The notes under the pieces were generated by a model. It did no database searches and was not told where the DNA came from. It saw only the letters and a program-made list of their open reading frames with translations. Below, piece by piece: positions 43,708-51,632 of a DNA stretch of 64,000 nucleotides (within the stretch, counting starts at the first letter, position 1; each line of letters opens with the position of its first letter). The DNA is from Planctomycetota bacterium (GTDB lineage: Bacteria; Planctomycetota; UBA8108; SXIK01). The stretch covers positions 2,112,001 to 2,176,000 of the forward strand of contig CBDCXR010000004.1 of NCBI GenBank assembly GCA_965223845.1, read 5' to 3'. Both the position numbers and the translations under genes were made by a program.

Positions 43708-45081
43708 CTACGACTTGAGTGCGGCGACTTCCTCGCGCATCTCTTTGTTCTCGCGGAAGATCGTCGCGAGCAGCTCCTTCTTCTTCTCCTTGAGCGGATC
43801 CTTGTCGATCGTCGAATGAATGACGTTTCGGAGTCCGCTTCCGGACGCTTCGAGCGCGGCGGCCAGTTCGCGAGCTTCGTCGCGCTCGCGCGTGATCGTG
43901 TCGAGGTTTCGCGCGAGACGCTGGATCTTTCGCTCGAGGAGAGTGATTTGATCCTGTTGAGCTCCGCGGCGTTCGCTTTCAACGCGTTCGCGCTCCTGCT
44001 CGAGAAGGCTTCCGATGAGGCTCCGCATCTCTTCGGCGACGTCCTCGGCGACTGGCGTGCGGCGGAGAGCCCGCGCGAGAACGCGTTCGAGGCGTTCCTC
44101 GAGCGCGATCACCGCCGCCTCGGGAAGCGTCTCAGTCTCGCCGACGAGTCCACGCTGAGTCTCGACGGCGGCCTGTGCGCGCTCGAGCTGCTTCCGGAGC
44201 ACCTCCGTCTGCTTCTCTAGACCGTAGCGCTCGGCTTCGAACGTCTCGAAACGCTCGCGGAAGACGTCCTCCGTCTGCGCGAGCATCTCCTTCCGTTCTT
44301 CGTCGGTGATCGCGCGTGTACCGATCGCTTCGGTGACCGCGCCTTGGATCAGCTCCTTGATCGTCTGGGTGTTGAGCACCTTGACGGTCTTGTGCCGCGC
44401 CGCGAGCTCGGCGGCGCTGACCGTGCGCGCCTCGCGGTGGAGGTGAACGGAAACCTCCTCGGCGACGTCGCGAGCTCCCGAGAGCACGGGCGGAGTGTCG
44501 GGATCGATTTCCGCCGGACCCATCCCCGGTAGGAGCGGCGGCAACTCCGTTTCGGATTCCGGCAGTCCCTCCGCGAGCGGCTGGATCGCGGTGGATTCTT
44601 CGGGCTCGCTTTCCGCCAAGACCGGTGGGGCACTCTCGCGCGCCCTCGGGATGCGGATCAAGGTGGACTCGTTCGGATCGGGCAGATCGATCTCTGAGGA
44701 AGCTTCCGCGCCATCTTCGCCTTCTTCTCCGTCTTCCGGGAGGAGGTGATCGCGCACAAAGCGACCGAGCTCGGTCTTTTGTTCCGGGTCGGAGTGCACC
44801 CAGCGGAGGGCGTAGGTCCGAATCTCCTCGTCCACTTCCTGATCGGACGAGAAGACGTCGTCTTCGCATTCGAGAATCTGCGCCGCGAGGTTCTTCCGAG
44901 CGGTCTTCCCGATCTGAAGAATCACGTCGACGTACATTCCGAGCGTCAATTCTTCGAGCGTGAGGACGATTCCCTTCCGCGTGCTGATGGCGGCGAGCGT
45001 GACGCACTGCGGCCCGACCCGAGGGTCGTCGAAGAAGCACGTACAGCGAAGATCGGTCGCGTCGGCGGTGGAGTCTTTCAC
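43708..45081 (-). CDS. Hypothetical protein: degenerate PilZ-like N-terminus, acidic Pro/Glu-rich linker, C-terminal coiled coil
   Basis: Beta-rich N-terminus ending YALRWVHSDPEQKTELGRFV; EDGEEGEDGAEASSEIDLPDP linker; heptad-like C-terminus LLERKIQRLARNL...KKKELLATIFRENKEMRE; start uncertain (GTG 45081 or ATG 44937). Confidence 0.75.
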   Translation of the reverse strand: MKDSTADATDLRCTCFFDDPRVGPQCVTLAAISTRKGIVLTLEELTLGMYVDVILQIGKTARKNLAAQILECEDDVFSSDQEVDEEIRTYALRWVHSDPEQKTELGRFVRDHLLPEDGEEGEDGAEASSEIDLPDPNESTLIRIPRARESAPPVLAESEPEESTAIQPLAEGLPESETELPPLLPGMGPAEIDPDTPPVLSGARDVAEEVSVHLHREARTVSAAELAARHKTVKVLNTQTIKELIQGAVTEAIGTRAITDEERKEMLAQTEDVFRERFETFEAERYGLEKQTEVLRKQLERAQAAVETQRGLVGETETLPEAAVIALEERLERVLARALRRTPVAEDVAEEMRSLIGSLLEQERERVESERRGAQQDQITLLERKIQRLARNLDTITRERDEARELAAALEASGSGLRNVIHSTIDKDPLKEKKKELLATIFRENKEMREEVAALKS

Positions 45082-45443
45082 GCGGGGCCGCTGGATCGTG
45101 GGGGCTGGATCGTAAGGATCGGCCGTCTGCGCCGCGAACGGACGACGAACGGCAGGAGGGCGGCGAGATCGCCGAATCGGTCCGAGCTCGACTCGAGACG
45201 GGATCGCGAGTCGCTGGACGACCCCCCGGCACGATGCGAACGGACAGCTACCGAAATATAGGACAGTCGCGCACGATCCGGCAAACCGGCGCAACGGCGG
45301 ACGGGGAGTCGACACAATCCCGTCACGCGAGGAGAGATACGTCCCGCCCGCGTGACCTCGATCGCGGCGATGAGAGAGTTATCGGAGAAACGGCGTGATT
45401 GGCCCGGGAATTGCCTTCAAGAGCCGGCACCGCGCACCGGGTC

Positions 45444-47870
45444 TCATCTCTCCGCGAGCTCCTCGAACGATCGGTTCTCGATCGCGTAGCTCTTCCAGCT
45501 CTGAAAGTCGAAATGCCACCACTCGTACTCGTAGACGGTGAAGCCCGCATCCGCCATCGCGCGCCGAAGGAGCCCTCGCAGGTATCGCTGTCGCGACGAG
45601 CCGCCGACGTAGTTCGGGTACGCGCGCTCGGTGAACTCGTCGTAGCCGCTCAGCATCGCGACGGGCTCCCCCGTAGCGCGATCGTAAAGCGTGATGTCGA
45701 CCGCGCAACCGCGGTTGTGACGCGAGCCCTTCGCGGGATCGGCGACGAAGTCGCGCTTCGCCTCGGGCGTTCCGTCCCAGAACATCTTCGTCACGCTCCA
45801 AGGACGATACGCATCGTGGACGAGGATCCCGTACCCGCGCGCCTCGAGCGCCCGGTGGACGCGGACGAGTGCCTGGGCCGCCGGGCGCTGCAGATAGGCC
45901 GCCGCCGTGCGATAGAACGCTGCCCCCATAAAGTTGTTCGTGCCGGCGTAGCGGATGTCGTAGCGGAGGGTCGGGTCGAGGGACTTCAGCTCCACGAGAT
46001 CGGACGGTAGAAACTCGCCGTCCTCCGCGGGCGGTGTCGCCTCCCGAGCCGCGGCGCGAAGCTCCTCGATCGGCTGTGTCAGCTCGATGCGGAACGACTC
46101 TCCCAGAGATGAACTTTCGGGCCGCCGACGGAATGCGATTCCCGCCGCGGTCACCTGTTCGACGGTGCCGTCGGCACCGCGCGAAAACACGAGGCGTTCG
46201 CCGTGGTAGAGACCCCAATCGGGAAAGCGGAAGACGTCCGGAGAAATCTCGTCGATCGGGTAGAGATCGATCCACTCGATGAGAACGAAGAGCTGACCGT
46301 AGCGCTCGAGGACGAAAAGGACGTTGTGATCCTGACCGTACTCCCCGAGAAGCGGTCGCCACTTCTCCGGCGCGGGCGCAGGGAGCGCGTCCGCGATGCG
46401 AGTGAAGACGCGGCGTCCGACGCGGAGGCCGCGCCCGACCTCGACCGAGACCGGAACTCCGAAGTGGTGGCGATCGTCGGTCTGGAGCTCGCCACCGACG
46501 AGTCGCAGCTCGGCGATCGACTGGCGGCCGTCGATGAGAACGAGGCGATCGTCCCGGCGCTCCAGCTCGACGAAGCGCTGGCCGTCGCGATAGAGTCCCG
46601 CCCATTCGAGATGGCGGGGTTCCGGGGGGCGGGACGGTGCCGGCACCGTGAAAGTTCCACCGCGGCTGGTCTCGAGAAGCCCTTCGAGCGCCGTACGGGC
46701 GATGCGCCCGACCACCGCGTTCGTCACGTCGAGGGACGACGCGGCGACGACCGCGAGACGTCGATCGGGGAGAACTTGAAACGAACTCGAGTACCCGTAG
46801 ATCGCGCCATCGTGCGAGACGCGGCGTTCGCCCTGAAACTCGGACACGAAGAATCCGAGTCCGAATCCGCGCTCGGCGCCGGATTGAACCTTCCACATCG
46901 ATTCGAGCACGGGCCGCGAGACGCCGGGAACGCCGGGGCCATCGTCGTCCGAGAAAAGCGCGATCGCGAATCGTGCGAGATCCTCGACGCTCGAGTAGAG
47001 ATTCCCGGCCGAAGACGTTCCGAGCGCGAACCCGGGCGCGGCGAATCGGCGCCCGTCGAGACTCCACATGAAGGCGGAGGCGAGTCGTTCGCTCGGGATG
47101 TCACTCGCCTCGAACGAGCTCGCCGCCATTCCGAGCGGCAGTAGGAAGCGCCGTCGAATCTCTGCGGCGAACGGGCGATCCCAAGCTACCTCGAGCGCGC
47201 GACCGGCGACCGCGAGCGCAGCGTTCGAATACTTCGTCCGCGAGCCGGGTCGATAGACGAGCCGGGTCGAGTTCAAGCTCGCAACCGTATCGGCGAGCGA
47301 AGGCGACGTGGCGTCGAAATAGTGGCCGACGGGAGGCTCTCGGACTAGTCCGGAGCGGTGGGAGAGCACCTGGCGAAGCGTGAGCGGCGGCGCGTCGAAC
47401 GGATCCTGCGGAGAAAACTCGGGCAGAACATCGGTGATGGGCGCATCGAGATCGAGCTTGTCTTCGGCATCGAGCTGGGCGAGAGCGAGTGCGGTGAAGA
47501 GCTTCGATACGGATCCAACACGGTAGATCGTCTCGCCGGAAGCTCGGCGGGTACGTGCGTCGTCTTCCCACCCGAAACCGCGTGACCAAAGAAGTTCACC
47601 GTCGCGAACGAGCGCGATCGAGAGCGCAGGGATCTCCTTTGCCTCGCGTTCCGCTTCGATCCAGCTCGCCAGGTCGTCGAGCCAGCCCTCGACGGGGGCG
47701 ACTCTCGCCGCGTCGCGCGCGCTTTCGCCGGTATCTGAAGTCGAGCGGCACGAAGCTGCCCCGGCGATGATCGCCGCGACGAGAAGATACGATGTCGCCG
47801 AAGGATCGCGCCCGGTCGCGATCGAACGGAGACGACAGCCGATGCGGTAACCGCGCCTACTCCAAATCAC
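45444..47870 (-). CDS. Serine hydrolase (beta-lactamase/PBP family) fused to D-Ala-D-Ala dipeptidase (VanX/M15)
   Basis: SVSK, YSN, HDG serine-hydrolase motifs; DAYRP, SRHNRGCAVD, EWWHF VanX motifs; lipobox GAASC. Confidence 0.9.
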   Translation of the reverse strand: MIWSRRGYRIGCRLRSIATGRDPSATSYLLVAAIIAGAASCRSTSDTGESARDAARVAPVEGWLDDLASWIEAEREAKEIPALSIALVRDGELLWSRGFGWEDDARTRRASGETIYRVGSVSKLFTALALAQLDAEDKLDLDAPITDVLPEFSPQDPFDAPPLTLRQVLSHRSGLVREPPVGHYFDATSPSLADTVASLNSTRLVYRPGSRTKYSNAALAVAGRALEVAWDRPFAAEIRRRFLLPLGMAASSFEASDIPSERLASAFMWSLDGRRFAAPGFALGTSSAGNLYSSVEDLARFAIALFSDDDGPGVPGVSRPVLESMWKVQSGAERGFGLGFFVSEFQGERRVSHDGAIYGYSSSFQVLPDRRLAVVAASSLDVTNAVVGRIARTALEGLLETSRGGTFTVPAPSRPPEPRHLEWAGLYRDGQRFVELERRDDRLVLIDGRQSIAELRLVGGELQTDDRHHFGVPVSVEVGRGLRVGRRVFTRIADALPAPAPEKWRPLLGEYGQDHNVLFVLERYGQLFVLIEWIDLYPIDEISPDVFRFPDWGLYHGERLVFSRGADGTVEQVTAAGIAFRRRPESSSLGESFRIELTQPIEELRAAAREATPPAEDGEFLPSDLVELKSLDPTLRYDIRYAGTNNFMGAAFYRTAAAYLQRPAAQALVRVHRALEARGYGILVHDAYRPWSVTKMFWDGTPEAKRDFVADPAKGSRHNRGCAVDITLYDRATGEPVAMLSGYDEFTERAYPNYVGGSSRQRYLRGLLRRAMADAGFTVYEYEWWHFDFQSWKSYAIENRSFEELAER

Positions 47871-47987
47871 CGAATCCTCCTGGGTTGAGCTCGAGCGCGG
47901 CGATGCTCGAGCGCTGCTTCTTCGTCATCGAAACCGCGGCGGACGCACGCGTCTCCTCCGCGCGGGGAGAGAATTCGGCGCTCGGAC

Positions 47988-48302
47988 TCACTCGTCAGCG
48001 AGGCCATCCAAATACTCTGCCATTTCCCGAGCGGCGTGCGCATCGCCGGTGGCACTCGCAATCTCGATCCCCTTCCTCAATACCGATCGCGCGTCGGTCG
48101 CGCGTCCGGTAGACGCCAGAAGACGACCCTTGTGGAAATACGCTGCGACGTAATTCGGATCGACGTCCATCGCACGGTCGAAAGAACCGAGCGCGTCGGC
48201 GTCTCGCCCTTCCTTCGCGAGCGCCATCGCGAGACCGAAGTGGAGGAAGGGGTCGTTCGGATCTCGCTCGAGGAGCGCGCTCAGTTGTTCGATCGTCGGC
48301 AT
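47988..48302 (-). CDS. Small tetratricopeptide repeat protein
   Basis: DPNDPFLHFGLAMAL, DPNYVAAYFHKGRLL, GDAHAAREM. Confidence 0.85.
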   Translation of the reverse strand: MPTIEQLSALLERDPNDPFLHFGLAMALAKEGRDADALGSFDRAMDVDPNYVAAYFHKGRLLASTGRATDARSVLRKGIEIASATGDAHAAREMAEYLDGLADE

Positions 48303-48405
48303 GAGACCAACCTTCGCGAGTCGGAGAGTGGATTGCAACGAGGTTCCGCGCAAAAGCAGTCCCCGAGTGATCCTAGGCCGGGAAAAGGTATAATGATCGG
48401 CGAGA

Positions 48406-50577
48406 ATGGACCTCGGGCGCGTACCGGGAAAGCGAACGATGCCAAGATCTTCCGAATTCGTGCGGCGAGGATTCGTACTCGCATTCGCGCTGTCACTGCT
48501 CCCGGTCGAGACGCCGGAGGCGCGTTGCGCGGAAGAGACTGCACCCGAAGACTCGGGTGCAGTGAATCCTGCGGACGAACTTCTCCGTCGCGCGGCAGAG
48601 TCTCACGCACGCTGCAGCAAGAAGCTCGACGACGACGCCCGCACCGAAGCAGAGTCGATTCTCGCGCGTCTGTCCGAGCGGAACGACTCACCGGCGGTTT
48701 ACGCGGTGCGTCGCTTCTACTCGATCGAGGAACTCGCGGACCGGGTGACGGAAGCGCTTCTCGAGATCGGCACCCCGGCGGCTCACACGGCGCTTGTCGG
48801 CCGAGCGGAGTCGCACGTCCGTCGCGGCCGGAGTGGAGAACGGCGCTGCCCGAACGTCGCGCTGTTCGACCGCTTCATCAAGAACGGAGTCGCTCTGCCG
48901 GCCACCGTTCTGCGCGCCCTCATCCTCTCCGATCCCCATGTGAAAGGCATCGCCGCCGGGCTCGAAGTCCCGGCCGAGTCGACGGCCGATTCAACCGCGG
49001 TCATCCTTTCGCTACTCGATGCGGAGGATTGGGGCGCGAGTCGATCGCTGCGAGTATTCGCACGCGATGACATCGTCGATCTCTTCGTCCCCTTCTTCGT
49101 TGCGCAGCTCGAGTTTCTCGAACGCACGGCCTCGTCGCGCGAGAACGCCTCGAAGCCGGCGGACGCGAAGCCGGAAGGGGACGACGCGGCAAACTCGGCG
49201 GGCACGAAATCCACAGAGACGAACTCACCGGGAGCTGGGACGGCGGTCGAGGATGCGGGAGAACCAGAATCCGGCTCCGCGGTCGATCGAACCGTCGAGG
49301 CGGAGCTCGAGGAGTTCCGTCGTCGCCGCGCTGCCCGCGCGATCGTCGAGCGACTGCGCAAAGTCGCGATGGACGTCGAGCGTTCCTCCTCCGCCCGTCT
49401 CACCGCGATCGGGACCCTGCGCACTCGGCCCGTGGTAGACCGGAGCTCCGTCGGCGTCGAGATTCTCGGATCGGAGATCGAACCGGACATCATCGTGGCC
49501 GCGGCGAGCCTCGTCGCGGTGCAGGACGCCGAAGCCGCACGCCCACACATCGCCGCTCGGCTGAAAGAGTGGACTCGCAGCCGCAAAGACGCGTCTCTCG
49601 AGGACTCGATCGCAGCCCTTTTGGAGATGGTGATCCCCCTCGGGGTCGAAGACGCCGCGCCTGCGGTCGAAAAGCTCGCGAGGTCGTCGAGCTCGATCCT
49701 ACGCGGCGCCGCGATCGCGGCGCTGCCGATCGTCGGCGCCGAGCGGGCCTACGGGCGTGTGCGCGGCGCACTCAAGGATCGGGTTTGGCGCGTACGCGAG
49801 GGGGCGATCGAGGCCTGCCGCGCGATGAAGACCGCCAAGGCCGTCTCGCTTCTGATCGACCGAATGGACAAGGAGGACGGCGAGCTGCGCGTCGCGCTCC
49901 TCGGAGCGCTCCACGATCTCACGGGAGCACCGATGCCCTACGCGCCCGACGACTGGGAAAAGTGGTGGTCCTACTCAAAGGATTCCTACCGCCCTCCGGG
50001 AGCTCGCCGGAGCGGGAAGAGCACGGTGCTCACGTTTCCCGACGCCGCCACGTACTTCGGACTCGAGGTGCTCTCGAAGAACGTCTGCTTCGTCGTCGAC
50101 GTATCCGGAAGCATGGCGGCGGCACTCGAATACAAAGGAAAAGAAACCACGCGCCTTCGCGTTCTCAAGGAACAACTCCACGGAATCCTCGACGGCTTAG
50201 CGAAAGAGGCGCGCATCAACGTGATCCACTTCCACTCGGAGTTTCGCCCGTTCTTCTCCCAGCTCGTCCCCTTGACGAAGCGAAACCGCGCCGTCGCGCG
50301 CGACCTCGTCCGCCGATTGAACGCGAGCGGCGGAACGAACATCTTCGACCCGCTCGCCGCCGCGCTTCGGGACTCGCGCGTCGACACGATCTTCCTCCTC
50401 TCGGACGGAAGGCCGGGAAGCGGAAAGTGGGTGGACACGGAGGACATCCTCGGGGCCGTGCGAGCGCTGAACCGAAAGCGACTCACCCGCATCCACACGA
50501 TCTCGATCGGCGAAGACTCGAGCCTCCTCCGGCGACTGGCGCGACAGAACTTCGGCACGTACGTCGCGTTCGACTGA
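48406..50577 (+). CDS. HEAT-repeat protein with C-terminal VWA domain
   Basis: LKDRVWRVREGAIEAC HEAT repeats; MIDAS motifs DVSGSM, GGTN, LLSDG. Confidence 0.82.
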   Translation: MDLGRVPGKRTMPRSSEFVRRGFVLAFALSLLPVETPEARCAEETAPEDSGAVNPADELLRRAAESHARCSKKLDDDARTEAESILARLSERNDSPAVYAVRRFYSIEELADRVTEALLEIGTPAAHTALVGRAESHVRRGRSGERRCPNVALFDRFIKNGVALPATVLRALILSDPHVKGIAAGLEVPAESTADSTAVILSLLDAEDWGASRSLRVFARDDIVDLFVPFFVAQLEFLERTASSRENASKPADAKPEGDDAANSAGTKSTETNSPGAGTAVEDAGEPESGSAVDRTVEAELEEFRRRRAARAIVERLRKVAMDVERSSSARLTAIGTLRTRPVVDRSSVGVEILGSEIEPDIIVAAASLVAVQDAEAARPHIAARLKEWTRSRKDASLEDSIAALLEMVIPLGVEDAAPAVEKLARSSSSILRGAAIAALPIVGAERAYGRVRGALKDRVWRVREGAIEACRAMKTAKAVSLLIDRMDKEDGELRVALLGALHDLTGAPMPYAPDDWEKWWSYSKDSYRPPGARRSGKSTVLTFPDAATYFGLEVLSKNVCFVVDVSGSMAAALEYKGKETTRLRVLKEQLHGILDGLAKEARINVIHFHSEFRPFFSQLVPLTKRNRAVARDLVRRLNASGGTNIFDPLAAALRDSRVDTIFLLSDGRPGSGKWVDTEDILGAVRALNRKRLTRIHTISIGEDSSLLRRLARQNFGTYVAFD

Positions 50578-50595
50578 GGATCTTCCCGCGGGTGG

Positions 50596-51030
50596 TTACC
50601 GTGAGAGCTTTCCGAGCGCGGCGGTCAGCACGGCGCGCGCGCCGTCCGCACTCAGCTCGCTCGATTCGTCGATGCGATCGAGGACTTCACCCTCTGGAGA
50701 AAGAAGAACGACTTCCGGGACGTACCTCGTGCTCTTCCACTCACTGGCGGGGGCGCCGGCACCGGGATTTCGGGGGTCGACCTTCAGGAGCACGAAACGG
50801 TCGAGCAAGGAGCGAACTTCGGGGAGGGAGAACACCCGGTTCTCCAGCTGAACGCAAGCCGGTCACCACGGCCCGCCGAAGTTGATCAGCAGCGGACGGC
50901 CGCTGGCGCTCGCTTCCGCCCGCGCCTCGTCGTAGCTCGACAGATAGCCGAGCGCGTCCTTCGTCGTCGACTCGCCGGCCTCGCAACCGAGGAAAAGGAG
51001 AGAAACCAGGGCGCCGAAAACCCATTTCAT
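50596..51030 (-). CDS. Thioredoxin-family lipoprotein, probable selenoprotein (UxxC)
   Basis: Two listed ORFs are one frame: ...RPLLINFGGPW-TGA-PACVQLENRVFSLPEV...; TGA at 50863-50865 sits at the first Cys of WCxxC; lipobox LFLGC; RYVP cis-Pro loop. Confidence 0.85.
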
Positions 51031-51199
51031 GGGAAGACTCCTCGCCAATCGGCGGTCTTGCTGTGTTCCGATTCGATCGTCGTGTCCCGGTCGGGGCACG
51101 ACGCGTCCGACCGATCAGTGTAACATCCCCCGACCGGAGGGCGTCGGACGGGACAGGAGCGCTCGCTTGCGAGTCGAGCTCGCCCACCCTCAAAAATGG

Positions 51200-51227
51200 G
51201 TGAAACCGGCCCTCGACCGTCTACAAT
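51200..51227 (+). promoter_or_regulatory. Putative sigma70 promoter for the structured RNA
   Basis: GTGAAA (51200-51205), 16-nt spacer, TACAAT (51222-51227), just upstream of the predicted 5' end. Confidence 0.55.
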
Positions 51228-51230
51228 CAC

Positions 51231-51602
51231 GAGGTGCTGGGCGAGACGCGGCGAGCGGAGTCGAAGACGGATTCGGCGCCGGAGGAGCAAAAACGTGCGC
51301 GCCGGGTGGGGCCCCAGCGGTATCGGACGCGCTGGACGGATCGCTTCGAGAGACCGGAAAGGCCACCAGAGTGACGGTTGGGATCGCCTTCGGTGTGTCC
51401 GCGCGGCGCGTGGATTCCCCGTGCCCTGCAGAACCCCGTCGAACGTGGAAAACGGGGATTCTCGAGAGGGCTCCGATGAAGCCTATACCGTCCGTTCGCA
51501 TTTGAACTGAGGAGACCCGCCGCCGTGATCTGAGATCGCGGCGAGGGCGTTGCCGGGCTGAAACGGACGATCGGGCGCAGGCTCGGAGACCGTTCGCGCC
51601 TC
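51231..51602 (+). ncRNA. Large structured non-coding RNA with OLE-RNA-like motifs
   Basis: Terminal stem GAGGTGC(51231-37)/GCGCCTC(51596-602); long-range stem GCGAGCGGA(51251-59)/TCCGTTCGC(51491-99); hairpins 51274-51304, 51434-51457, 51521-51543; motifs AGCGGTATC, GGAAAGGCCACCAGAGTGACGG, CCTGCAGAA..GAAC resemble the OLE 5' half as recalled; no credible ORF. Confidence 0.6.
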
Positions 51603-51632
51603 GAGAGCAGAACGAGCAGAATCAGGGTCACC

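Noticed and set aside
45444-46010. Vancomycin-resistance (van) cluster
   Set aside because: The VanX-like domain is part of a fusion lipoprotein; no vanH, vanA or vanRS nearby
42408-48302. Magnetosome gene island
   Set aside because: Only the actin is MamK-like; no CDF transporters, HtrA proteases, magnetochrome proteins or feoAB nearby, and the 104-aa TPR protein is too short and generic to call MamA
50596-51030. Thioredoxin pseudogene
   Set aside because: The single stop is TGA exactly at the catalytic Cys position and both halves are otherwise intact, which fits selenocysteine better
51231-51602. Cobalamin riboswitch, RNase P RNA or tmRNA
   Set aside because: AGGAGACCCGCC and CAGAACCC are only partial echoes; the B12 core AGGGAA..CGGTG, the RNase P GAGGAAAGTCC and tmRNA tRNA-like ends are absent
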